NCBI GenBank assembly: GCA_045615765.1 | Contig: JAZLFM010000014.1 | Span: forward strand, 629 to 64,628 | Origin: Bacteroidales bacterium | GTDB lineage: Bacteria; Bacteroidota; Bacteroidia; Bacteroidales; UBA1715 | Reading direction: 5' to 3' | Length of the DNA stretch: 64,000 nucleotides | In this document: piece after piece, positions 21,764 through 30,771 of the stretch | How positions within the stretch are numbered: position 1 is the stretch's first letter | How the letters are laid out: the number at the start of each line of letters is the position of its first letter | The notes under the pieces: generated by a model | Database searches by the model: none | Seen by the model: only the letters and a program-made list of their open reading frames with translations | Told to the model about the DNA's origin: nothing | Made by a program: the position numbers and the translations under genes

Positions 21764-22894
21764 TTATTTTACTAATCGTATTACTCCAGCATTCGGAATT
21801 GCATCAAACAGTATATATGTATCTGTTTGATTAGTAATTGGTAATTCTATGCCATTTTGAGTAATACTTTTATACTTATCCGATGCTGATTTAAAAACTA
21901 CAACGGAGACAGGAATTAAATCTTTTTGAAGTACTAAATGAAGCAACGATGTATCTGTAACCTGCAACGATAAATCAACGTATTTCTTTGTTGATTTTTT
22001 TATTTTCAGTATTGCATTATTTGCCTCACGATGATACAAAATTGCATTCCTAAAAGTAGTTACCCACACTTCTTTTTTCTCTTTCAAACTCTGTAAATAA
22101 GCCAATTGATCGCAAAATGACTGTAGTTTCACTTGAGCATACCAATTGTCATTATAAGAATTTTGTTCGTCATCAACACTGTGATACAAAAGCGTCAACA
22201 AGCCTCCCCCAGAAACTATTTTATCGAATTCCGAACACACTTCTTCGGTAGTTGTTTGTTCTGTTAAAGCAAACATCTGAATTCTATAATAATCGTCTTC
22301 AGAATTCGCGAAAGAGTAACCATAATTTGAAATTCTCCATACACTTCGCGCTGCAATATGTCCACCGCTACGAAGAAAATCTCGTACACGCATATCATCT
22401 TCTGTATCGCCTGCACCTGCACCATACGGATACGCGAGTGTATTCACATTTGTTCCGACATGCTCCCGTATTACCTCTTGTGGCTCTGTTGTTTCACGAG
22501 CAAGTTCACCTATAGGCAATTTTGTTAAATCCGGATGAGTAATGGTATGATTACCAATTTCATTTCCTTTTTCCAATGTTTTTTGTATTGCCGCCCACGA
22601 ATAATCATAGCGTTCAATATTGTTCAGAATAGGGAAAAAAGTTCCCACCAGACCATATTTCTGCAATGCAGGAACCACAAGCGGATATTGACCAGGAGAC
22701 CAATCATCGAATGTTAAAGCTACAGCAGAATTTCTACCATCTTTCCAACAACAAATTCCAACCTTGACTTCACTATTTTGTTGTTCTAAAGTAGTCTGAT
22801 TTTCGAACAAAACTGTACCAAATCTATTCGATTGCGCGTGTGTCATACAAGTAAACAATATAAATGTAAAAAACAGAGAAATTCTTTTAATCAT
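21764..22894 (-). CDS. polysaccharide deacetylase (NodB homology) family protein, secreted
   Basis: Signal peptide MIKRISLFFTFILFTCMTHAQ. NodB motifs VALTFDDW and HTITHPDL. The ORF-track N-terminus MTMTMTTT is read-through of the upstream acidic tail. The ATG at 22894 overlaps the upstream stop by 8 nt. Confidence 0.75.
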   Translation of the reverse strand: MIKRISLFFTFILFTCMTHAQSNRFGTVLFENQTTLEQQNSEVKVGICCWKDGRNSAVALTFDDWSPGQYPLVVPALQKYGLVGTFFPILNNIERYDYSWAAIQKTLEKGNEIGNHTITHPDLTKLPIGELARETTEPQEVIREHVGTNVNTLAYPYGAGAGDTEDDMRVRDFLRSGGHIAARSVWRISNYGYSFANSEDDYYRIQMFALTEQTTTEEVCSEFDKIVSGGGLLTLLYHSVDDEQNSYNDNWYAQVKLQSFCDQLAYLQSLKEKKEVWVTTFRNAILYHREANNAILKIKKSTKKYVDLSLQVTDTSLLHLVLQKDLIPVSVVVFKSASDKYKSITQNGIELPITNQTDTYILFDAIPNAGVIRLVK

Positions 22895-23912
22895 CGTAGT
22901 CGTCATAGTCATCGTCATCAGAATCTTTAGATTTCTTTTCTTTTTTAGGCTTTGCCGTTTTTTCTTTCTTCTGTTTATCCTTTGATTCTGGTTTCGCCTT
23001 TACATCATCATCGTCGTAATCCTCATCATAAACCGTTTCTGCCTTAGAATCCTTCTTCTTTGTATCTTTCGAGTTTTCCTTTACTACAGTAGGCGCAACT
23101 TCTTCTTGACCAACATTTTCCGATTCATAATCATCGTCTTCCCCGTCTTCTTTTTCCTTATGTTTTTTCTTTTCCTTTTCGGCAAGAGCTGCCGCGGCAG
23201 CAGCCTTTTCTGCCTCTATATCCTCAGGATCTTTGTTGTAGTCTGCATATTTGCCTTCCGTATCTTTCAATAAATAATTTTCAAGTTTCAAATATTCAGT
23301 CGGATCATACGGTTTTGCTGTAGGCGGAGCCTTTATCTCTTCCTGGACTTTGAATGTTCGTTTTCTTATTAAAGTGCCCGGTATCATTCGTTTAGCTCGA
23401 GTTTTTGTTTCATAAATCGACCAAGCCTTCATATCAGCCCACACGGCATTACACCAATCCTCTACTTCCATGCACTTTCCAGAAGGGACCTTATCATAAT
23501 CCATAATACGACCAAAAGAATTGGTTCCATATTCCGAGAATCTTGCTTCATGAAGGAAGTTCGTAAACTTCGTTACAATTATCGAATCCTGAATACTAAC
23601 TTCTATACTAAATACAATACTGCCTTTGGTTTTCTCAGCAGCATGCGACGACAAATAAATATCAGGAATATGCACATGATTTGAATACGGGAAATAGCCT
23701 TTCCCTTTGAATATCATCTCCTTACGATTCTTTGCAATTAACCGTTGACCTTTTTCATTTTTAAACCAATGGTCTATATTTCGCATCAAACGAATTCTAC
23801 TAGTTCCATGGCGAATAGGAATAGTATCGGTTACGACAAAAGCTTGTGAAAACGCACTATACGAAAGACAACAAAGCCAGAATATTATACATATAATCAA
23901 ACTTTTTCGCAT
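22887..23912 (-). CDS. secreted hypothetical protein with a roughly 120-aa K/E/D-rich low-complexity C-terminal tail
   Basis: Signal peptide MRKSLIICIIFWLCCLSYSAFSQ, a globular domain of about 190 aa, then a tail running from AEKAAAAAALAEKEKKKHKEKEDGEDDDYESE... to ...KKEKKSKDSDDDDYDDYDD. Confidence 0.6.
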   Translation of the reverse strand: MRKSLIICIIFWLCCLSYSAFSQAFVVTDTIPIRHGTSRIRLMRNIDHWFKNEKGQRLIAKNRKEMIFKGKGYFPYSNHVHIPDIYLSSHAAEKTKGSIVFSIEVSIQDSIIVTKFTNFLHEARFSEYGTNSFGRIMDYDKVPSGKCMEVEDWCNAVWADMKAWSIYETKTRAKRMIPGTLIRKRTFKVQEEIKAPPTAKPYDPTEYLKLENYLLKDTEGKYADYNKDPEDIEAEKAAAAAALAEKEKKKHKEKEDGEDDDYESENVGQEEVAPTVVKENSKDTKKKDSKAETVYDEDYDDDDVKAKPESKDKQKKEKTAKPKKEKKSKDSDDDDYDDYDD

Positions 23913-23940
23913 AGTTTTATTTTTCAAAACGAAATCAATC

Positions 23941-24636
23941 TTATTTTATTGAACAATCTACAAGTTTATATGTTGTAATTGTTCCTTTTGTGATTCTTTC
24001 TTCTATAGGATCATTCAAATCTATAGGAGCATGGTTAGGTTGGGATTCAACATCAATATTCTTACGATATACCAAGCCTACATTTTTAGCATAGCGTTCT
24101 TCACTATGTTGATATGAATATAAAGACTTAAAATCTTGTTGTAAGACAAAAAGAACTGAATCAGAATCTGTTTCATCATCAAATTCATTTATACCTACAT
24201 AGTTAATTTGTTGTTCTTGCGACATATTGTACGCATTCAAATCCCATGAATAAGACGTACTTGGAGGGAATTTTAGCACACATAGTGGGACATTTTCTTC
24301 CACTCGAACAATTTGATGGTCATATTGCTGAACACTATGAGAAGAATATGGTGCCCAAGTTGATTCTCCTTTTACCTTTTTTTCTGTTTGAATAGCATAT
24401 ACCCTACAAGAATTTGTATCGGAAATACACGCAACAACCGTTTCACGAATTTGGTAATATGCAGTGTCTTCTATTCCTGTAGGCACATCAATTCGTATAG
24501 AGACACAATCGTATGTGCGAGTACTGCCTATTGTCAATGGATAATATTCATTCCACTGTACAAATGGTTGTACGTCAGTCTTTTTACAAGAAACTACAAG
24601 ACAAGCAAGTAAACAATATACAAGAATTCGTTTCAT
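23941..24636 (-). CDS. hypothetical lipoprotein
   Basis: Lipoprotein signal MKRILVYCLLACLVVSCKK. 231 aa with no motif I recognise. Confidence 0.65.
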   Translation of the reverse strand: MKRILVYCLLACLVVSCKKTDVQPFVQWNEYYPLTIGSTRTYDCVSIRIDVPTGIEDTAYYQIRETVVACISDTNSCRVYAIQTEKKVKGESTWAPYSSHSVQQYDHQIVRVEENVPLCVLKFPPSTSYSWDLNAYNMSQEQQINYVGINEFDDETDSDSVLFVLQQDFKSLYSYQHSEERYAKNVGLVYRKNIDVESQPNHAPIDLNDPIEERITKGTITTYKLVDCSIK

Positions 24637-24652
24637 AACTTTTACAAGAAAT

Positions 24653-24660
24653 CAAATGTA
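24653..24660 (-). promoter_or_regulatory. Bacteroidota-type -7 promoter box for the 23941-24636 lipoprotein gene
   Basis: TACATTTG on the minus strand, 16 nt before the ATG at 24636. Confidence 0.45.
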
Positions 24661-24681
24661 CAAAATTCTCGCAATTGAAAT

Positions 24682-25926
24682 TTATTTCTTTGTCATAAAC
24701 GACAAATCATCCCAGAAACCAGGATATGATTTTGCTACACATTCAGGATTTTCCACTTCTACGGGTTCTGTTGCCAACAATGCTGCGACAGCTCCTGCCA
24801 TAGCGATTCTATGATCGTTGTTAGCATGCATTTTTCCTCCACGCAATGTTCCGCCATATACAAACATCTCGTCATCAGTACACTCAATTCGAGTTCCTAA
24901 TTTTGCAAATTCTTTTTGAAGAACTAAAGCACGATTGCTTTCCTTATGTGCTAGACGAGAGACTCCCTTAATTGTAGTAACACCTTTACAATGTGCTGCA
25001 AGCGAAACTAATGGAGGGAATAAATCTGGACATTCTGTTGCATCAAATTCAAAAGCACGCAATTCATTTGAGCTAACAGATATCTCGTTCTCTCCCAATA
25101 CAATATTTGCACCTACTTTCTGTAAAGCTTCAACTATTGCCTTGTCTGCTTGACACGACGACATAGAAATATTCTTTACCGTAATATTCCCGCGTAACGC
25201 ACCTGCTACAAGCAAGAAAGATGCTCCACTCCAATCGCCTTCAACAACGAAATCCATTGCTTTATACGATTGTCCTGCTGGTATTCGGAAAGTTACATAT
25301 TCCTCTCTATCTACTTTTACGCCAAACTTACGCATCATATCAATAGTTATATCGATATATGGTTTGCTTTTCAAATCTGTAACTTGCAAAACAACATCTT
25401 TTTGAGCGTATGGAGCGGCAATCAATAAACCTGTAAGAATTTGAGAACTTAACGAACCATCTACCTCAGCATTACCTCCAACCATTGGTCCACAAACTTG
25501 TACAGGAACAAATCCATTATTTGTTTCAATCTGCACACCTAATTGACGCAATGGCGCTTCCAATACCGACACTGGACGAGTTTTTAAGGATCCCTCGCCC
25601 TGAAGTGTTATAGGTTCTTTCCATAAAGAAGCTACAGGAGTAAACATACGAATACCCAAACCTGCCTCACCACAATTCAATTCTTTTGACTTTGGATTTA
25701 GTCCGCCAACAATTGTAACATTTTCTCCATCAACAGAGACTGTAGAACCAAGATTTTCAGCAATTTTCAATGCTGCATCGCTATCATTACTTGAAGAGTA
25801 TCCATGCAAATACGATGTTCCTTGAGCTAATGCAGCTATTGCTATTGCTCGTTGCATTACACTTTTTGAAGCAGGTGGTACAATTGTACCCTGTACTTCG
25901 GTTGGATATATTATTTTGTTCCCCAT
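24682..25926 (-). CDS. aroA: 3-phosphoshikimate 1-carboxyvinyltransferase (EPSP synthase)
   Basis: 414 aa. PPASKSVMQRAIAIAAL, LKTRPVS and RLAHKESNR motifs, and a two-lobed repeat architecture. Its start overlaps the aroE-aroK stop by 16 nt. Confidence 0.9.
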   Translation of the reverse strand: MGNKIIYPTEVQGTIVPPASKSVMQRAIAIAALAQGTSYLHGYSSSNDSDAALKIAENLGSTVSVDGENVTIVGGLNPKSKELNCGEAGLGIRMFTPVASLWKEPITLQGEGSLKTRPVSVLEAPLRQLGVQIETNNGFVPVQVCGPMVGGNAEVDGSLSSQILTGLLIAAPYAQKDVVLQVTDLKSKPYIDITIDMMRKFGVKVDREEYVTFRIPAGQSYKAMDFVVEGDWSGASFLLVAGALRGNITVKNISMSSCQADKAIVEALQKVGANIVLGENEISVSSNELRAFEFDATECPDLFPPLVSLAAHCKGVTTIKGVSRLAHKESNRALVLQKEFAKLGTRIECTDDEMFVYGGTLRGGKMHANNDHRIAMAGAVAALLATEPVEVENPECVAKSYPGFWDDLSFMTKK

Positions 25927-27224
25927 ATTCGTACAAATTCATTTGTAACACGCTCTGCCGTATGTACTTTCGATGCCGTTTCCGTACAGAACACCACATG
26001 TGCTGTATGAGCATACAAATCACGACGCTCTTGTAATAATTTTTGTAATATTTCTGCAGGATTCCCTTTCTGCAACAACGGTCTCTTCTCTATATTAACT
26101 CTTTGTGAAATTGTTTCTGGCGTTGCATAAAACCATACAACAACAGTATTTTGTTTTAATAAATCACGATTTGGTTTATTCAGTACAATACCACCGCCAC
26201 ACGAAAGTATGCTCGCCTCCGAAGAATTAAATTTATCTGATAAAACTTCTTTTTCTAATTCACGAAAATAAGCTTCACCATTTTGAGCAAAAATATCAGT
26301 AATCGTGCGTCCTTCTTTTTCCACGATTTCGTCATCAATATCGTAGAACTTGTAACCTAATTGTTCTGCCACAAGTTTTCCATGCGAAGTTTTTCCCGCT
26401 CCCATAATTCCTATCGTGGAAATTATATGATTTTTCTGTGCCAAAGTTGGCATAGACAAACCTGAACGCATCACCTCTTTATCGGGATTTTCCCCTAAAA
26501 ACAAAGAATAAGAAACAACAGCTTGATTCAAAAGCCAATCTTCTGCCGAAACTATGGTACAAGCTTTACGGCGTGCCATATCAACGAGCAATGAACCTTT
26601 ATAATTAGCATCAAAAACGATATGCTTCGGCAAAAGCCACTCTTCTTTTATAGGATTTACATTTTGTTGCAATGCAGAAATTATAATATCACTTTCTGCA
26701 ACCAATTGTTCCAAAGAATGTAATTCGGCTGATCTACAACCAATAATTTGTGCAGATTCTTGTGCTTTACTGTAAGTTCTATTTACAATAACAACATCTG
26801 CTCCTTGTGAATGAAGGCCATACGCAGCAGATTTCCCAGCACCACCAGCGCCAATCACTACACATTTTTTCCCCTTCACATCGATGCCGGAATCGATAAA
26901 ACTTTGTGTCACACCACAAAAATCAGTATTGTAGCCATGTAATACGCCATCTTTATTTACAACTGTATTTACACTACCCAACACTTTTGCTTCGTCGTGT
27001 ACAACATCTAATAAACGAGCTATTTTTTCCTTAAAAGGAGATGTAACATTCATTCCAACAATGCCCATCTTCTTAAAAAGAAACATCGCTTCTTCGGCCG
27101 TTTCTGCAGCAACATAAATATATTCTGCATCAAGGCCATTGTGTGCAAACATCGCATTGAACATATTAGGGCTCTTGCTATGCAAGATAGGATTGCCCGT
27201 AACTGCCAATAACTTTGTTGCCAT
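25911..27224 (-). CDS. aroE/aroK: bifunctional shikimate dehydrogenase / shikimate kinase fusion protein
   Basis: 437 aa. The N-terminal half is AroE-like (TGNPILHSKSPNMFN, VIGAGGAGKSAAYGL). The C-terminal 170 aa are AroK-like (P-loop GIMGAGKTSHGK, FYDIDDEI, SCGGGIV). Confidence 0.85.
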   Translation of the reverse strand: MATKLLAVTGNPILHSKSPNMFNAMFAHNGLDAEYIYVAAETAEEAMFLFKKMGIVGMNVTSPFKEKIARLLDVVHDEAKVLGSVNTVVNKDGVLHGYNTDFCGVTQSFIDSGIDVKGKKCVVIGAGGAGKSAAYGLHSQGADVVIVNRTYSKAQESAQIIGCRSAELHSLEQLVAESDIIISALQQNVNPIKEEWLLPKHIVFDANYKGSLLVDMARRKACTIVSAEDWLLNQAVVSYSLFLGENPDKEVMRSGLSMPTLAQKNHIISTIGIMGAGKTSHGKLVAEQLGYKFYDIDDEIVEKEGRTITDIFAQNGEAYFRELEKEVLSDKFNSSEASILSCGGGIVLNKPNRDLLKQNTVVVWFYATPETISQRVNIEKRPLLQKGNPAEILQKLLQERRDLYAHTAHVVFCTETASKVHTAERVTNEFVRIWGTK

Positions 27225-27255
27225 ATAACTTTATTAAAAGAAGATAAAGGTGTGA

Positions 27256-28314
27256 TTATTTCACCACACCTTCTTTAATCAAATATTCACCAATTTGAAC
27301 TGCATTCAAAGCAGCACCTTTCTTAATTTGGTCGCCCGACAACCAGAATGTTAAGCCATTGTCGTTAGCTAAATCTTTACGAACACGACCTACATACACA
27401 TTGTCCTTTCCACCTGTGTACAATGGCATTGGATAAGGCAATTTTTCTAGTGTTTCTGCTTCAGGATTTGCATTTGCTTTTGTTCCAACTGCTTTTGGAT
27501 TATCAACTAATGTAACACCTTCTGCTGAAGCAAGTGCTTTTCTTGCTTCTTCTTCGCTGATTGGTTTTTCAGTTTCAATCCATACAGCTTCTGAGTGAGC
27601 ACGAAGTGAAGAAATACGAACACACATTGCAGAGCAACGAGCATCTGTATGCATAATCTTGCGTGTTTCGTTAAACATCTTCATTTCTTCTTTTGTATAA
27701 CCATTGTCAGTGAACACATCAATTTGAGGAATCACATTGTATGCCAACTGATAAGCGAATTTATTTACAGTTGGTTGTTGATCATTTGCAAGTTCTTTAT
27801 ATTGTTGTTGCAATTCAGCCATTGCAGCAGCACCAGCACCTGAAGCACTTTGGTAAGATGCAATATGAATGGACTTGATGTGAGATATTTTTTCAAGTGG
27901 TTGCAAACAAACAACCATCATAATTGTTGTACAATTAGGGTTTGCAATAATACCTCTTGGGCGAACCAATGCATCTTTTGCATTACATTCAGGAACAACA
28001 AGAGGAACATCCTCATCCATACGGAACGCACTTGAGTTATCGATCATTATTGCACCGTATTTTGTAATATCTTCAGCAAATTCTTTTGAAACGCCAGCAC
28101 CAGCCGATGTAAATGCGATGTCAACACCTTTGAAGTCATCACCGTGTTTCAATAATTGAACAGTGTATTCTTTACCTTTGAAGGTATATTTTTTTCCTGC
28201 ACTGCGTTCTGAACCGAACAACACTAATTCATCCATTGGGAAGTTTCTTTCCTCCAACACGCGAAGGAATTCTTGACCTACTGCACCACTTGCGCCTACA
28301 ATTGCAACTTTCAT
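27256..28314 (-). CDS. asd: aspartate-semialdehyde dehydrogenase
   Basis: [19 protein letters not shown](P)-binding motif, active-site NPNCTTI, 352 aa. Confidence 0.9.
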   Translation of the reverse strand: MKVAIVGASGAVGQEFLRVLEERNFPMDELVLFGSERSAGKKYTFKGKEYTVQLLKHGDDFKGVDIAFTSAGAGVSKEFAEDITKYGAIMIDNSSAFRMDEDVPLVVPECNAKDALVRPRGIIANPNCTTIMMVVCLQPLEKISHIKSIHIASYQSASGAGAAAMAELQQQYKELANDQQPTVNKFAYQLAYNVIPQIDVFTDNGYTKEEMKMFNETRKIMHTDARCSAMCVRISSLRAHSEAVWIETEKPISEEEARKALASAEGVTLVDNPKAVGTKANANPEAETLEKLPYPMPLYTGGKDNVYVGRVRKDLANDNGLTFWLSGDQIKKGAALNAVQIGEYLIKEGVVK

Positions 28315-28323
28315 AAAAATTCG

Positions 28324-28331
28324 TATTTTTG
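28324..28331 (+). promoter_or_regulatory. Bacteroidota-type -7 promoter box for the lamin-tail-domain gene
   Basis: TATTTTTG, 36 nt before the ATG at 28368. Confidence 0.5.
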
Positions 28332-28352
28332 TTTCGTTATTTTTTAACGCCG

Positions 28353-28360
28353 CAAATATA
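28353..28360 (-). promoter_or_regulatory. Bacteroidota-type -7 promoter box for asd
   Basis: TATATTTG on the minus strand, 38 nt before the asd ATG. Confidence 0.55.
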
Positions 28361-28367
28361 CTGATTT

Positions 28368-30713
28368 ATGAAAAAAATTTTTACTGTCTGTGCATTTTTA
28401 TGCGCACCTTTCTGCTTGCTTGCACAAGTATTTGAACAATTTGACAATTTAGACGCAGGTTCGACCTATTCATCCGGCATGTTTACCGGAAATCACAACA
28501 TTACTTGGAATTATTGTAATGCACGTGGTAATCAGAGACTTACTCAAAACGGAGACAAGGCAATTAGTTTCAACAAAGCTGAAAATGCATCACTCATTTC
28601 CGACAGTATTCCAAATGGAATAAAGTCAATTTCTTTCCTCTATGAACAAACACTTACCACCAACTGCGACATGCTTGTATTTGTCAATGACTCCTGCATC
28701 GGAAGAATTTACACAAACGACGAAAAAGGAGTCACTAAGTCTTTTTCCAGCGACATATACACCGAAGGAAACTTTGTAATAAAATTACAACAAACCAATA
28801 GTAATTCCGGACAAATTACCATCGACGACATAGCCATCACTTTTGCAAAAATTCCCTTCACTTACATATCCCATGAATTTACAGACTCCACATTCACCAT
28901 CACTTATTCACTTCCCATACAAACTATTACAATAGAAGATACCTATAACGGCACAACAAAAGAAACCTATATATCTGACAACAAGGCAATTACATATCTA
29001 AATACAAATTATTGTGGAGAAGCATCTTTTGAAGTTTCACAATGCACAAGTACGACTAACGACTTGCTCCAAGACACTATCTTCACACATAATTTTTATG
29101 CAAAACCTACCATTAATGACATCATAATTACCGAAATCATGGCTGATCCTTCACCTATTGTTGGATTGCCAGATTTCGAATATATAGAATTATACAATAG
29201 AACTGACTGCCAAATCTTATGTAAGAATCTTACTCTACATATTGGAAATTCATCTGTTTCTCTACCCGACACCATTTTCCAGCCGCAAAAATTTATTTGT
29301 CTTGTACCCAACAAATCTCTTGAGTATTTTTTTCAATATAGAAACTGTGTAGGACTACCTACATTTCCTGCGATACCCAATAGTGGGACAACCATCGCAC
29401 TCACATATCAAGGGGAACTAATTACTTCCGTTCAGTTCAGCGATAATTGGTACAACGATAATTTTAAGAAAGATGGTGGTTGGTCTTTAGAAAAGATTGA
29501 CATCGATAATCTATCAGAAACTGCTGAAAACTGGGCGGCTGCCTGCAATAAACTTGGAGGAACGCCAGGCTATCATAATTCTATCGAAAAAGACAATCCC
29601 GACAACATTTCTCCACACATTAGAAACATTCAGGTAAAAAATGACTCAACACTCATCCTTAATTTTTCGGAAAATATTGATTTCAAACAATTTGTAGAAC
29701 ATGCTCTTTTTAATCCCGAAATCACAATAACAACTTGGGAAGCAATTCAAAATTCTCTTATGCAATATGAATTACATTTAGAAAAAGCATATGACTTTTC
29801 TAAACCACACAGCCTAATTCTTTCGGAAGCTTGTAGTGATTACAACGAAAACGAATTTCAAAAAAATGAATTCTTATTTGCGAAAACCGACTCTATTACA
29901 GAAAGTAATTGTATAACTATCAACGAAATACTATTCAATCCAATCAAAAATCAGAATGACTTTATTGAACTGTATAACACAAGTTCTTCGTTCTACGATT
30001 TGTCGGAATTATTTATTTCGAATGGAGAAAAATATGTACGAATCGCTGACGAATTCACCTTGTTTCCGCCCCATTCTTATGCCGTAATTTCTGCTGATTG
30101 CAGCTACTATATGCAAAAAAACGAATGCGACGCTATTTTCATCAACACAAGTTTACCAACTATGCCCGACGATGCAGGAACTATCAAATTAGTAAACAAA
30201 TGGGAAGAAACTATAGATTCTCTTACCTACAACAAATCGTGGCATGCACAATATCTAAAAAACGACGAAGGGGTTTCTTTAGAGAAGTTTTCACCTAAAA
30301 TGCCTTCACATCTACAATCTTCTTGGGGATCTGCTTCGGAGGACACAGGATTTTCCACCCCAGGGTGCGCAAATTCCCAACAGAAAAACATAAAAACATC
30401 TAAATTGATTTCGATTCTTTCAGATATTGTTACACCAAACAACGATGGAGATAATGATCAAGCGATTCTTTCATTTGCAAACATTGAATATGGCACATAT
30501 CTAAACGCAAGAGTTTACACGTCAAGTGGCCACATAATAAATCAAATTGCAAACAATACACTGCTTGGGAACAATAGTGTCATACAATGGGATTGTACCG
30601 ATTCACGAGGAAATTTGGTTAATCCTGGCATCTACATAATACATGCCGAGTTGTTAAAAAACGGAAAAAGAATTTCGTCAGAAAAAATTTATTGTACTGT
30701 TTTATATGAATAA
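28368..30713 (+). CDS. lamin tail domain (LTD) protein with T9SS type B (gliding-motility CHU_C-like) C-terminal sorting domain
   Basis: Signal peptide. Two LTD-like segments (IIITEIMADPSP...FEYIELYNRTD and ITINEILFNPIKNQNDFIELYNTS). C-terminal IVTPNNDGDNDQAILSF...GIYIIHAEL motif. Confidence 0.8.
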   Translation: MKKIFTVCAFLCAPFCLLAQVFEQFDNLDAGSTYSSGMFTGNHNITWNYCNARGNQRLTQNGDKAISFNKAENASLISDSIPNGIKSISFLYEQTLTTNCDMLVFVNDSCIGRIYTNDEKGVTKSFSSDIYTEGNFVIKLQQTNSNSGQITIDDIAITFAKIPFTYISHEFTDSTFTITYSLPIQTITIEDTYNGTTKETYISDNKAITYLNTNYCGEASFEVSQCTSTTNDLLQDTIFTHNFYAKPTINDIIITEIMADPSPIVGLPDFEYIELYNRTDCQILCKNLTLHIGNSSVSLPDTIFQPQKFICLVPNKSLEYFFQYRNCVGLPTFPAIPNSGTTIALTYQGELITSVQFSDNWYNDNFKKDGGWSLEKIDIDNLSETAENWAAACNKLGGTPGYHNSIEKDNPDNISPHIRNIQVKNDSTLILNFSENIDFKQFVEHALFNPEITITTWEAIQNSLMQYELHLEKAYDFSKPHSLILSEACSDYNENEFQKNEFLFAKTDSITESNCITINEILFNPIKNQNDFIELYNTSSSFYDLSELFISNGEKYVRIADEFTLFPPHSYAVISADCSYYMQKNECDAIFINTSLPTMPDDAGTIKLVNKWEETIDSLTYNKSWHAQYLKNDEGVSLEKFSPKMPSHLQSSWGSASEDTGFSTPGCANSQQKNIKTSKLISILSDIVTPNNDGDNDQAILSFANIEYGTYLNARVYTSSGHIINQIANNTLLGNNSVIQWDCTDSRGNLVNPGIYIIHAELLKNGKRISSEKIYCTVLYE

Positions 30714-30744
30714 AAAAATAGAGACGCAAAATATTGCGCCTCTA
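30712..30744 (-). terminator. hairpin terminator between the convergent LTD gene and mscS (best fit on the minus strand)
   Basis: TAGAGACGCAA-AATA-TTGCGCCTCTA (11-bp stem, one mismatch) at 30719-30744, preceded on the plus strand by A7, which reads as a T7 run after the hairpin on the minus strand. Confidence 0.65.
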
Positions 30745-30771
30745 TTCACACATTATCGTTCTATTCACACA

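Noticed and set aside
21764-22918. N-terminal MTMTMTTTM extension of the deacetylase in the ORF track
   Set aside because: It is an out-of-frame reading of the GAT/GAC-rich acidic tail of the upstream gene. The ATG at 22894 gives a normal signal peptide.
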